The position numbers and the translations under genes are program-made. Source: Octopus bimaculoides (Eukaryota). Taken from it: a stretch of DNA of 33,745 nucleotides. The DNA lies in the NCBI RefSeq assembly GCF_001194135.2, contig NC_068988.1:67857247-67890991 (forward strand), given 5' to 3'. Positions 1 to 12,397 of this stretch are shown piece by piece. Under the pieces are notes generated by a model, which saw only the letters and a list, made by a program, of their open reading frames with translations, had not been told where the DNA came from and ran no database searches. The stretch's first letter is position 1. Each line of letters begins with the position of its first letter.

Positions 1-1592
1 GAGAGAGAGACAGATTGACAGATAGACAGAGAAAGCAATAGTTGGGTAGATAAGTAGACATACTAATATCTCACTGTCTATTGAGCAAACTATAGGTTAT
101 CCTTCAACATCGCTGCTCACAATGCACTTCCATTCAATTTTCATAGCACCTTTCACTTCAAATTGGATTCGCATTTATTTTACAGTCTTCTTCCTCTTAT
201 CTTAGAAGTCTTCTAGTTGATCTTTTGCACTCTCTGGGATACCAATCAACAACATCTGTCCACAAACTGTCTATTAGCACTGCAACCTGTCCGAGTCAAT
301 GTGACTTTCACTGTCGATATTACGTGATCATATCGTTCACTCCTCTTCCTTTGCGAAGTATATCGTTTCTGATGTTCTCGCGAAATAATATTCCTACAAT
401 TACATTGTATAAATATATACTCATGCATCCCACAAATGTGTGTATGTGTGTGCGTGTGAGTGTGCGCGAGTGGTTGTTTGCACTACAATCATTCCGAAAC
501 AAGTGCAGTTGGATGCTGTTATATATTCATATGTATAACCTAGTTTAAGTAAATCTAATTGCGTCACCACCAACTCGTTAACTACTTCTCAGCAATAAAC
601 TTTTATTAAGCAAATATCATAGATATATTTGACAAGAAATGAAAATATGAAATCGACAAACTAATCGGATTTTCTAATATCGTTAAACTGAAACCTCATT
701 ATCACCAAAATAATTTCCCCGACACAAACCCGAATGAAAATATATTAAATATAATTACATCGTAAAAATAAAGGAGAATTTATTTCCCGTTATTCTTACA
801 ATTAACTGGAGATTGCTTTATAAAAAGAAAGAAGGAAAACAAAACGTTCTAAAGAAAATTGTTAAACTTATTTAAATACATAATATACTTCATATACTTT
901 ACTCATTATATATCAATGTTTACTGAAAGCAGAATAATTTTTTTATTAGGCATGATCAAAAAAATTCATAGTTTCCGTTGCATATTTCTTTCTGAAATGA
1001 ACATAGTGTGTAATATCTTCTTTTATAAATTAATTTGAAATTAAAGACAGCAACGAAACTTAAAACAATGGTTTATTCCCAATAGTGTAACCTTCCCTTG
1101 TTCATACACTCTAATTTTAGAATAATTTTTATACGTTTCATCTTAGTTTCTGATAATCAATATCGTGAATATACTAGTGCGTGTATGTGTATTAATGAAC
1201 TATAATCAACGGAACAAACAAAATATAAAGAAATTACAATCTTTTATCTGTACAACAATTTCTCCAACGAAAATAACATCATATTCAATTTGTTTATTAT
1301 AAATAATTGTATTAATCCCTCATATGTAAGTATAGCACTCATTATTGTGATTGTCCAAGGCCTCTCAGACACATGCAAAGAAAGGAAGAAGTTATCCGGA
1401 AAGCAGAGATTTATTCTAAGTACTTACAACAGGACTAAAATGTGCTAAAAGTTCTAAATACCAAGAGTGGTGTTTAAACAGGAAACGATTGGAGCCAGAA
1501 CATTGGGCACACATATTTGGAACAAATCCTTCAACGTAACTCATCCAAGAGTTCCTTTAAGAGAGTGAACTGGACGTGTAACATTACATATC

Positions 1593-1690
1593 CCCCCACC
1601 CCGAAAGGATGAAAGTCAAAGTTGACCACAATTGAATTTGAACTCAGAGAATCAGAACAAATACTAAAAATAGTTTGTTCTATGCTTGAA
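1593..1690 (-). mobile_element. tRNA-derived SINE family A, partial copy (5' half)
   Basis: Reverse complement contains TCTGAGTTCAAATTC..GGTCAACTTTGACTTTCATCCTTTCGGGG, matching the B-box and body of the copy at 2991-3218. Confidence 0.6.
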
Positions 1691-2853
1691 CGACACTATT
1701 AGTTTGCGTGTGTTAATAGATAAAGATTTGAAATTCTTTAGAAATAAACTAATTTGAAGGGAGGTTTAAAATTCAACCTAAAAGAAAAAAATAACTTTAC
1801 AGAAGATAAAAGTAATTCAAACTATTTACAAAGATCTAATCTAAAAAAAAAAAAAAAGACTTGCTCATGAGAAAGCGGTAATGATGTTAGTTCAGGCCTT
1901 AATTAGCCTCTAGGAATTTCCCCATAAATCTACTTTACTCAGCCTGTTTGTTTCCTGTCAGGGATGAACAGAATGGAGGGGAAAACATCTACTATACCGG
2001 TGCATGTTTCCGGAGATATATAAATTGATACTGCTTATTTAGAATATTTTAAACTGGAAAACAAATTATTTTGATAAATTATGGAGAATTTGCTGTTAGA
2101 TTTCACAATTAAATGATTTTAATTTCTCTACGGTTGAATCTGAATTTTAGCTCACCACAGAAATTGATGACCTGTATGATGATCTCTACTGATAAATAAA
2201 CATCGGAACCCAACTCCAGAGATAAATTACCATGAGAAAAGTTAATCGCCAATGAATCGGGTTGCTTGATTCGCTATCATATTTCCCCGGATAATGTAGT
2301 TTTACATCTAGCTCCACAGTAACTTACAAATGTAATAATTCATCATGTCCAAAATTTAATGCTACAGGAGAAGCTGAAAAAAATTTTCTGGCGCATTTTA
2401 TGCCCAAAGCAGATGATGAAGGTACTAATGGCGCCAAATATTTCACTTGCTTATTTCCTACGTAGCATTCTATGGCAAGCAGTTCATGTAATTGTGTCCA
2501 GAATTACATTAGTTGTGTGTAAAGGGAATAACGTTAATATTGAACAGATGTTATCATACAGAAAATGTTAGTCATCTTATGTTTACCTATTACATAATCA
2601 CGTGGAAGGAAATATATGCACGTTCATAGGGAATAACTTTGTTCTATTTTCAACTATTAAATCTTACAACAAAGGTAAAACGAGTACGCAGTTTTGCTTT
2701 CAATCATATAATCATATATTTATCTATCTACCTATCTATATAGATGTCCTTGGCAGAGTATATAAGAGTGTAAAGGAAAGATAGAGAGAAATGTATGAGA
2801 GTAGAGATAAGCCGGTATAGTCAGAATATTTACGGCAGCAGTTTTAGCACGGG

Positions 2854-2980
<127 letters not shown>

Positions 2981-2990
2981 ATCGTTAACG

Positions 2991-3218
2991 AATGCGGTGA
3001 GCTGGCACAATCGTTAGCACGCCGGACGAAATGCTTTGCGGTATTTCGTTGGTCTTCACCTTCAGAATTCAAATTTCGGCATGGTCGACTTTGCCTTTGA
3101 TCCTTTGCTGGTCGATAAAATAAGTACCAGTTGAGTACTGGGGTCGGTGTAATTGGCTATCCCTCTCCTCTAAATATAAGGCCTCGTTCCTACAGTAGAA
3201 ATGATTATTATTATTATT
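2991..3218 (+). mobile_element. tRNA-derived SINE family A, full-length
   Basis: A-box-like TGGCACAATCGTTAG, B-box-like GAATTCAAATTTC, body GTCGACTTTGCCTTTGATCCTTT..AAGTACCAGTTGAGTACTGGGGTCG, (ATT)n tail; homologous copies recur at 7358, 8511, 21479, 21688 and 22598. Confidence 0.85.
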
Positions 3219-3532
3219 AAAAAAACACCATTAGGCTTTCTCTTCTCGCGCTTATAGTTTCATTGAACCGTTTAGATATTCCCATTAATCCAAATGCTGT
3301 TTGACGATTACCGTCTCTGTAACTTTTTCACAATTTATTTCAACTAGTATGTAATTCTGAGGATCGTATAAGCTCATTCAATTAACTTACTGTATTTAAC
3401 TTATGATCGTATTTTATTTCATCTTATTCTATGTTAAAGATCCGTACTTTATTATCCTCCTTTAGCCCTTTTCCGTACCTCACCTGGCTTACAACTTAAC
3501 TCCTACTATATTTATATACTAGTTAAAAGCAA

Positions 3533-3546
3533 ACACACACACACAC

Positions 3547-3577
<31 letters not shown>

Positions 3578-3615
3578 TACACGCGCACACGCGCGCGCAC
3601 GCACACACACACACA
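3533..3615. repeat. (CA)n/(CG)n compound microsatellite
   Basis: Direct reading. Confidence 0.95.
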
Positions 3616-3616
3616 A

Positions 3617-3753
3617 ACGACGGGTTTCTTTCAGTTATCGTCTACCAAATCCACTCACAATGCTTTGGTCGGCCCAGGGCTACAGCAGAAGACACTTGCC
3701 CAAGGTCCAGAGCCACGTGGTTGGTAAGCAAGCTACATACAACACAGCCACTC
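3617..3753 (-). mobile_element. tRNA-derived SINE family B, 5' part with internal deletion
   Basis: Reverse complement GAGTGGCTGTGTTGTATGTAGCTTGCTTACCAACCACG..ACCTTGGGCAAGTGTCTTCTGC..GATTTGGTAGACGATAACTGAAAGAAACCCGTCG, ending in the (TG)n tract; the segment TTTCAGTT(A/T)(T/C)CGTCTACCAAA recurs at 32990-33010. Confidence 0.7.
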
Positions 3754-4972
3754 ACGAAAAACATGTGACTCTTCGAAATGCGCGAAGTGATATATAACAA
3801 TATTTATAAATTCCATCTATGGATTATTATTCGTNNNNNNNNNNNNNNNNNNNNNNNNNNNNNNNNNNNNNNNNNNNNNNNNNNNNNNNNNNNNNNNNNN
3901 NNNNNNNNNNNNNNNNNNNNNNNNNNNNNNNNNNNNNNNNNNNNNNNNNNNNATATATATATATATACATATAAATGCATGTATGCATATGTACTATTAC
4001 CATGTAGTTGTTCTTGCCTCAAATTGTCAGTGTATGTCCATGAAAAAACAACCCATAAGTTAACGCCAGTCAGAAATGTGGAGTATCACTCCTCTTCTTG
4101 ATGGATAGTAAACGATAATTGAATCATGTTATATTTAAAACTTTTGCAATTCATATTAATTAAGAAAGTTATAATACTTTGTAGTAATTCACAACTGAAC
4201 GGAAATAATTTGCATTATTTCAATTAGCTTTTAATATGAGTAATACTCTTAGAATAGATACGAAATTATTTTTTCTTAGAATAGGAAATAATTTTTTTTA
4301 CAAGTTCGCAACATGATTGTAATTCGAATATTAAGAAAACTTGTCTTGTAATATAAGACCTCATTCCCTCTTCATATTTTATTTCGCAATTTGGTCTTTA
4401 TTGTAAGACTGTCTTTTTCACCTGTCAGTTCCATATGGTATCTTGTTCAGGGTGATTTCATTACCCAAGAAAAAAAAACTTCGCGACAATATGATTGCAG
4501 CGGATGAATTTCGTTATTTTGTGTCTGAATTAAATGGTAACGACAGCTTGTTCGGAATATTAATGAAGATTACAGAAACAAATTACAGCAATTTCCATGG
4601 CAAAGAAATTGGAAAATAATAAATAATATATTTACAAACATATGCATAAACATGTGCACACGTACACACTCACGCACACACACGTACCCAAACGTAAACA
4701 CACACACATACACACACTTGCGTACAAACAGTTTTAATTTTAACTCGACTAAAGTAGAAAACCTACGTACATAGACACACATATACACACATGGAAACAT
4801 GCATACATATAACATGGTTAACATAGCAAATAGTATGTACACTCAGCGATGTACCAATATACAAAACATTTACTTATGCATATATATATATATATGTCAA
4901 TACGCAAATTGTCATACGGATGGCATTCATACTTGCACACAAATACATAGGCACTTACATACAACCATACAT

Positions 4973-5048
<76 letters not shown>
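4973..5048. repeat. (TA)n(TG)n compound microsatellite
   Basis: Direct reading. Confidence 0.97.
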
Positions 5049-5050
<2 letters not shown>

Positions 5051-5139
5051 GTGCGTATGCATATGCCTTACGTATATATGTGTTTTAGTGTATTTGAAGG
5101 TAAATATTTCATCAACCAATTGCCAAAAGGTGGAGTGAG

Positions 5140-5465
5140 TAGTGTCCGATATGTTTAGTAGTGAATTTTCCAGTAAGCATTCCTGATGTGAACTTGAAAA
5201 GAGCAGGATTACATTATCACAGCAAAGACCTAGAGGAAAGACATATTGCACACCCTTAGATTGTTATGCTTGTGTATATTTCTCATACTCTTGAAAAATG
5301 TGATAATATTAATGTTAATTGTAGCCTCCCATATGGTGGTGACCATTTCTTCCCATTACATATCGATGGCTACGCTTTTGCAATATAATACTTCAACATA
5401 GATGCGAAATACTGAACAAGAGACAGTGAAGCGACCATAAATGCAGATTGTGTGTCATTCTAGTA
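5140..5465 (+). mobile_element. Decayed RLE-type non-LTR retrotransposon fragment (older copy, post-RT region up to the zinc knuckle)
   Basis: Frameshifted translation GLHYHSKDLEERH..YISHTLEKCDNINVNCSL..HIDGYAFAI*..NKR..DHKCRLC parallels HGYVPRSLQEDSSIDIKQNLYWT..CAFAIQEQDIATKYLINKRD of the copy at 25296. Confidence 0.6.
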
Positions 5466-5507
5466 CATACATACATGCATGCATGCATACATACATACGT
5501 ACATGCA

Positions 5508-6300
5508 TGCGCATTTGCAATCCAAGAAGAGAAGATTGCTACTAAATATCGAATAAACAAAAGAGACAGCGAAGCTCTTGGAGTTTCAAGATGCCACCGA
5601 AAATGTAGATTTGGTCATATTTCTGTGGAAGACATCACATATGATATCAGTTGCTGCCCATAAATGTCATCCAAGTTACTAGCTTCCTATGCGACACGAC
5701 TTTGTCGTAATATTCATATACACTGCCATTTTGTAATAAGACTGCTCTGGAATAATTATAGAGAATCCCCAATTTTGAATACATATACATTAACCCAAGG
5801 AATACTGTTGGAACATTCCCCTCACATTTGTTCAGTGTGAACATAACAGGACGTATGCTGTTGTTTAGGACAAGCAAGAAAAATATGTATCAGCATAGAG
5901 GTTAGCTGTCCCGCTGAGGTGAATGTCTCTTTGAAAATCAAAGCGAAAGAAGATAACTATGGACTAACAACTTCGAAACTTCTAACTTTTATATTCAGAT
6001 TATGAATTCACATTTAAACCAATATTTATACCAGTAATAATTCGTGCACTTGATTTTGTGTGTAAATGCTTGAGTGACAATCTGCATAAGGTAGAATTTT
6101 CATAAAAAGAAATCAACCAACTATCTCGCACAATTTAAATACGATTTAGAAGTGGAACAGTAGAAGTATGCAAGTCTTTTCTCAAGTTTAAAATGTGACA
6201 TTGTTTTTGTTATCTACATTCCAACAATGGAGCTTTGTTACTTAGTCAGAAACCAACTCCTTCCCCAGAGGAAGAATTTAAATAAATTAAATAAATTAAA
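5508..6300 (+). mobile_element. 5'-truncated RLE-type (R4/Dong-like) LINE: zinc knuckle, PD-(D/E)xK endonuclease, ORF end and 3' UTR; pseudogenised
   Basis: CAFAIQEEKIATKYRINKRD..KCRFGHISVEDITYDISCCP..PMRHD (CCHC-type knuckle), EHNR..CISIEVSCPAEVNV (RLE motif), FIPVIIRALDFVCKCL..GTVEVCKSFLKFKM* (stop 6196-6198); 3' UTR 6200-6300 aligns with 25180-25276. Confidence 0.85.
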
Positions 6301-6489
6301 GCAGAAAAGAACACATACACGTACACACATACGTTACCTCGTAAATAATACAAGTGTGAATTTAACTATTAATTACTTTACACTTCTTTATAATTTCACA
6401 GATTGGTAGATTAAATCTTGCTTTATGAACTCTCTTTGTTCATTGCAAATAATGGTTTTCTCTGTTGAAAAGCAATGCTCTAACTGTAC

Positions 6490-6980
6490 AAAGATTATAC
6501 CACTTGATAACCACATGTACAGTCGGATAAAGACGTTTGAAGACGAAAAATCCGGCATCGAAGATAAACCACGCAGTGGAAGATGATCGGCTATGACCAT
6601 GGACACAAAACACCTACGAGTGATAAAAGGGATTCGGCAGAAAAGCCAGATACAATCAATAAGCTTGTTACACAACTGACCTGTGATGAAAATGTGTTAC
6701 AGAAAATGACGTAAGATTTTGGGTATCAAAAGATATTGGACATGCAAAATTGGTTAATTCGTAGTTGACACCCGATTATCAGGAGAGAATTTTGTAAGTC
6801 TCCTCTGATATGCTGGAAGCGTTTGTACCCAATGAAGACAAGTCTTTTTTATCTTGTGATAGGAAAGGAATCGTGGGAGTATCTTTGTGGTCTGCAGAGG
6901 AAGGTTCATTCCTGGGAATGGCGTTGCATCGCTTCTCCAAGGCCTCAGAAGTTCAAGGGCCAGTGGTGTCAGTCAACATA
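6490..6980 (+). mobile_element. Decayed mariner transposase fragment (N-terminal HTH region to linker)
   Basis: YSRIKTFEDEKSGIEDKPRSGR (mariner EDxPRSGRP motif) and, downstream, EWRCIASPRPQKFKGQ (WRH..SPRPKKFK motif); many stops and frameshifts; no TIR recognised. Confidence 0.55.
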
Positions 6981-7290
6981 TGTAGGAGAAAAGTGAGTTA
7001 CCAAGGATCTCAACTGTTGCTGCTTCGTTGGTCGCAAAAGGAATGCAAAGCAAAGTTGATTACGGCAGGGAATGAAAGCGGAACGTAAGTAATGCAAATA
7101 ATGACCGTTATACTAATCCACGGTCCTGTCATATTATTTAAATATTGGCTACATATTTCGGTACACAGCTAGCAATTTTACCAGAAATTCAGTTGAAACC
7201 AGTGATCAAATGGCACTTATCCTATCGATATCGAAGTGATGAAAGGCAGAGATGGCAGCGGCGAGACTTGTTAGCATGTACAGATCGAAA

Positions 7291-7343
7291 GAAACGCCGT
7301 TAAACATTTTGTCGAACACGTTAGAGATTCTGCCAGTTAGCTT
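7291..7343 (-). mobile_element. SINE family A head fragment
   Basis: Reverse complement GCTAACTGGCAGAATCTCTAACGTGTTCGACAAAATGTTTAACGGCGTTTC matches the family A head. Confidence 0.5.
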
Positions 7344-7357
7344 TACATATATTTCAA

Positions 7358-7591
7358 ATAATTCTTTCTGTTATAGGCACCAGGTCTGAAATATTGGGGA
7401 AGAATCCTAGTCAATTGCATCGAACCCAGTGCACAGCTGGTACTTATTCTCTCGACATCGAATAATATATAAATCGAAATGATGAAACGCAAAGTTAACT
7501 CCGGCAGTATTTGAACACAAGACGTCAAATCGGAAGAAACTTCGTTCGGCAATTTTTTCGGCGTAGTAACGATTCTGCCAGCTCGCTACCA
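7358..7591 (-). mobile_element. tRNA-derived SINE family A, full-length
   Basis: Reverse complement begins GGTAGCGAGCTGGCAGAATCGTTACTACGCCG, contains GTGTTCAAATACTGCCGGAGTTAACTTTGCG, and ends GACCTGGTGCCTATAACAGAAAGAATTATT. Confidence 0.8.
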
Positions 7592-8510
7592 TTTGGATTT
7601 TGAATAATGATAAATAAAACAAAACAATGTTATCTGAATATATGTCTCTCGGGTTCTCTATTTGTCTGTATATGTTTTAGAGAGGAGAAATTATTCACGC
7701 ACCATCCAGAATACATGTATCTCTATAGATTTAATCCGTTTACTGCACGTAACATCACCATTCAACGTATATATGCGTGGTGTGTGTGTGTGTGCGCGTG
7801 TCTATGTGTGTGTGTTTGTGTGCATAATGTGGAAAATGACAATATTTGTTGCTTTCCGCATAAGTTCGCATATATATGCATTCATATTCTTTAAAATAAA
7901 GAAAATAGTACTGCTTCTTTCCAATTATTACCTTAGCCAATATTCAATGAATTCCTTTTTTTTCATTTATTGTCATGAAATCTTTTTGTTTTCTTTTTTG
8001 CTAATGCTTCAATAAATTATGTATTCATAAATCTTCATTACACAAATGTATAAGCTTGGTTTTATTATATCTGCGTATATTTTTATACCTTCCTATATAT
8101 TTCCTGCTTATCCCCAAATCTATATAGATATGGATTCAAATACCAATGTATTTATCTAACTGTGGATTACAATTTAAACATATGTGCATCTATATATTTG
8201 GCAAACAAGCTACAGATTTTGTTTTTACTTTGTTCGGTAATTCTACAATTTCAATATTTCGTAGTGTACCCATTCTTTTCGAAGAACGGAGAGTACACAC
8301 TTCTTTCACTCTCTCTTCCTCTCTCTCTTCCTCTTTCCCTTTCTCTCCCTCTCTCTCTCACACACACATACGCACGCACACACGTTTATACATATACATA
8401 CATACATAAATACATACATGCATACATATTTATATAAACACTGCACCGAGAAAAGTAAGACGGCATCAGATGTACGATCTTATAACAAGTACAATATTGT
8501 ACACAAACAC

Positions 8511-8711
8511 AAGGCAGCGATCTGGCAGAACCGTAAGGGCACCGGACAAACGGCTATCGACATTTGGTCCGTCTTAACATACTGAGTTCAAATTCTGCCA
8601 AAATCTAACCGTCATCGCTTCGGTGTCTATAAAATAAATATGAGTTGATCACCAGATAATCGACTTACTTAGCCGCCAAGATTGCTGGCCTTATGCCAAA
8701 ATTTCAAACCA
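8511..8711 (+). mobile_element. tRNA-derived SINE family A
   Basis: AAGGCAGCGATCTGGCAGAACCGTAAG..CTGAGTTCAAATTCTGCC..AATCGACTT..TTGCTGGCCTTATGCCAAAATTTCAAACC. Confidence 0.75.
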
Positions 8712-8939
8712 GAAGTTTGTTAGAAAAGGGGTAGTTATTTGTGGGGCAGGTATGCTTGCTTTATTCTCCCACTCCTGAAAGTGATGAGTTTAATTTTCCA
8801 TTATTCCGTTCCGGTAGCAAACATACTTAAATGAACGATTGTCAGTAATGCCTTCTAGTATTGAACGAACGGTGTTATTCACCTTCAGCATAGCCCTGAG
8901 CTGATCGTGGAACCGCTTCTTTCAACCTGCAATCACGCA

Positions 8940-8941
<2 letters not shown>

Positions 8942-9006
<65 letters not shown>
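8942..9006. repeat. (CT)n microsatellite running into a gap
   Basis: Direct reading. Confidence 0.97.
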
Positions 9007-9503
9007 NNNNNNNNNNNNNNNNNNNNNNNNNNNNNNNNNNNNNNNNNNNNNNNNNNNNNNNNNNNNNNNNNNNNNNNNNNNNNNNNNNNNNNNNNNNNNN
9101 NNNNNNNNNNNNNNNNNNNNNNNNNNNNNNNNNNNNNNNNNNNNNNNNNNNNNNNNNNNNNNNNNNNNNNNNNNNNNNNNNNNNNNNNNNNNNNNNNNNN
9201 NNNNNNNNNNNNNNNNNNNNNNNNNNNNNNNNNNNNNNNNNNNNNNNNNNNNNNNNNNNNNNNNNNNNNNNNNNNNNNNNNNNNNNNNNNNNNNNNNNNN
9301 NNNNNNNNNNNNNNNNNNNNNNNNNNNNNNNNNNNNNNNNNNNNNNNNNNNNNNNNNNNNNNNNNNNNNNNNNNNNNNNNNNNNNNNNNNNNNNNNNNNN
9401 NNNNNNNNNNNNNNNNNNNNNNNNNNNNNNNNNNNNNNNNNNNNNNNNNNNNNNNNNNNNNNNNNNNNNNNNNNNNNNNNNNNNNNNNNNNNNNNNNATA
9501 AAC

Positions 9504-9561
<58 letters not shown>

Positions 9562-10500
9562 TACTTCAGAATAATATCATTTCAAGTTATTTTAATTCAA
9601 AATTTAACAAAAAATGTTTTAAATGCCACGAAATCTCTGCGAATAGATTTATATCTGATTGAAAGGATATTTTAGAGACACATTTAGATGAAATCCGGTT
9701 TTGAACTAAAATATCCGTCAACGTTTAAATCAATAAGCACGACACTAGAAATAAACTCATGAACTCTATATTAAAACACCTAAATTTTATTTATCAAAAG
9801 TCGGTTGATATATATTTATATTTGTGTCTTGTCTTTTCGATATTTACTTTATTAATATATGAAAATGACACATTATTGAGAATTTTTTGTTGCTTAAGTT
9901 ATCTTGGAATAAATAAATATCATTAAGGGTGAATATTATTCAACAAACTATTTCTAGGCACGCTATGATAAAATCCAAACTGTCAGAAATATATGCGATA
10001 TAGTTAAGCATTATAATCTATACATTATAGATATTCTGATGTATTTAATTGTATTAACCTGCACAATAAACAATTCAAAGTTGATTTTCTGTAACATAAA
10101 TTGTCCATAAAATGTTTTAAAGTGTTTTTTTTATAATTTCATTTATTACACATATTCATCTCCAAGAAACTACATCTCACTTCCGATAAAGCAATCCCGT
10201 TTCTTATATATTCGTTATTGACCGAAAATTTAGCAGATAAACTGTTATCTAACATCTGTCCGCATGAAATTGTGTTCAAATTTGTCTAAGCGTTCTAGTC
10301 ATTAGAGGCAACCCAGCCTTGACCATTCCGTCTATTAGAACTGAATTATCCAAGAGTCCACTCCAAGACAATAGAGTATATTTTGGAGGTGATTCATAGG
10401 AAATCGATTGCCCACGTAGAAGTTCGGCTATTAGCTCAAACCCCTCTCTTTCTTTCGTTCCTTGATCAAGCTTCTTCAGGCACATACACGCACGCACGCA

Positions 10501-10536
<36 letters not shown>

Positions 10537-11356
10537 CGCACAAAAAATGCATTCTTTCTCTCTCTCTCTCAAACTCTGTTACATTGCATTGAGTGGTCTC
10601 ACGTGGGATTACTCAAAGTGTTTAATTAACAGATTAAACTGAACATAAATTTCCTGTAACACCTCCATTTTAGTAAAATTAATTAGCACTGAATAAATGT
10701 GCATACACATACACACACAAATATGCACATGATATATATNNNNNNNNNNNNNNNNNNNNNNNNNNNNNNNNNNNNNNNNNNNNNNNNNNNNNNNNNNNNN
10801 NNNNNNNNNNNNNNNNNNNNNNNNNNNNNNNNNNNNNNNNNNNNNNNNNNNNNNNNNNNNNNNNNNNNNNNNNNNNNNNNNNNNNNNNNNNNNNNNNNNN
10901 NNNNNNNNNNNNNNNNNNNNNNNNNNNNNNNNNNNNNNNNNNNNNNNNNNNNNNNNNNNNNNNNNNNNNNNNNNNNNNNNNNNNNNNNNNNNNNNNNNNN
11001 NNNNNNNNNNNNNNNNNNNNNNNNNNNNNNNNNNNNNNNNNNNNNNNNNNNNNNNNNNNNNNNNNNNNNNNNNNNNNNNNNNNNNNNNNNNNNNNNNNNN
11101 NNNNNNNNNNNNNNNNNNNNNNNNNNNNNNNNNNNNNNNNNNNNNNNNNNNNNNNNNNNNNNNNNNNNNNNNNNNNNNNNNNNNNNNNNNNNNNNNNNNN
11201 NNNNNNNNNNNNNNNNNNNNNNNNNNNNNNNNNNNNNNNNNNNNNNNNNNNNNNNNNNNNNNNNNNNNNNNNNNNNNNNNNNNNNNNNNNNNNNNNNNNN
11301 NNNNNNNNNNNNNNNNNNNNNNNNNNNNNNNNNNNNNNNNNNNNNNNNNNNNNNNN

Positions 11357-11470
11357 ATGTGGCTCGTGTGTTCTCGTCTACGTTTGTTTGCAATGTCCTG
11401 TACCCAGATATGCACCTATACATACAGGTGGATGTCGGTATGCACATACCTGTACGTATATATGCATATA
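11357..11470 (+). repeat. Dispersed repeat shared, in inverted orientation, with 18330-18420
   Basis: GTCCTGTACCCAGATATGCACCTATACAT here versus GTCCTGTACCCGGATATGCATCTATATAT on the minus strand near 18380-18410; both translate as VLYPDMHLYI in the ORF track. Confidence 0.7.
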
Positions 11471-11484
11471 CTCATTTACTTTTG

Positions 11485-11528
<44 letters not shown>

Positions 11529-11584
11529 GCATGTACTCGAGTAATAATCGATCTCTTGTAAAAGTCGACCCCCAATTTTGGGCC

Positions 11585-12397
11585 CATAATTTGTTGATAC
11601 TTACAGATGATAACTTCCTTCATATTGGGGCAGCAGCAGTAATGATATTTTAATCGAGTGTCTGTTAAATGTCTTGTATTTGTGTTTTTACTGGGAAATG
11701 CCTATCATGCCCAAGTTAGTTTTAGCATTAAATGAGAAGAGGTATATGAACCATATTATTTTCCTAGGTCTAGTTTTAGGTTTATTTTGTTGGGTCATAT
11801 CTTTACTTGAATGGTTATAATGCTTCTTATTTTTAAACCGCTCTTAGTACATTGTTGTTACAGGGAATTGCCTTCTGAAATATTTCTTTAGAAGAAGAGA
11901 GATTAGATATCCTATTTCTAATATAAGCCCTCTTGTATTTAAATGCTATATGACTATATGACCAGGAATGTTCGTGTATGTAGCAGATTTTTTTCATTTG
12001 GCATATAGCACGGTTAATAAAGGCGTTAAGGTCTTCGGAAACATCTAGAAAATAGACATTTGACAGGTTAATAGCAGCAGTCATTTTGAGGTCTAATTGA
12101 CTGGAAGTATCAATGAGCTTTTTCCCTAAATTTATCGAGAGTATGACTATCACAGACATGAGATATTCCTAAACTATCGTTTCGATTATAAACCGATATT
12201 GTGGGAAGGGAACTTGGATCTCGGTTCATGCAATATAAAGACACATACAATATCGTAGATTTCCACACTGTCATAGAGTCCTCATCGATACATTGAACAA
12301 TTCAGATCTTTTAACCCATGCTGAGCTCTTAGTAAATGGAATTGTTTTTTCTCGCATGCATGATAAACTGCAGGTCTATGTCTTCTATATCAACATA
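11585..12397 (-). mobile_element. Penelope-like element (PLE) reverse transcriptase, C-terminal part; pseudogenised
   Basis: YVDIEDIDLQFIMHARKT..AWVKRSELFNVSM..YDSVEIYDIV..NIGLYRNDSLG (decayed YRDD) ..VYFLDVS..IRNRISNLSSSKEIFQKA..TRPRKIIWF..FNRHSIKISYCCCPNMK: PLE RT, thumb and linker motifs. No GIY-YIG domain seen. Confidence 0.8.

Noticed and set aside
1340-1590. Higher-complexity segment next to the SINE fragment
   Set aside because: Probably another repeat, but no frame gave a recognisable TE or host motif.
1940-2030. Possible splice acceptor (TTTCCTGTCAG, AG at 1960-1961) followed by DEQNGGENIYYT
   Set aside because: No convincing donor, no recognisable protein similarity, and such motifs are common in AT-rich DNA.
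2295-2465. Stop-free 56-codon frame (CSFTSSSTVTYKCNNSSCPKF..)
   Set aside because: No start codon at its 5' end, weak splice signals and no motif I recognise; the length is within chance expectation.
8489-8502. 14-bp perfect palindrome GTACAATATTGTAC
   Set aside because: Short and AT-rich, with no supporting context.
10276-10480. Minus-strand ORF segment KKLDQGTKEREGFELIAELL..
   Set aside because: No recognisable domain; resembles a non-coding interspersed repeat from memory, which I cannot verify.
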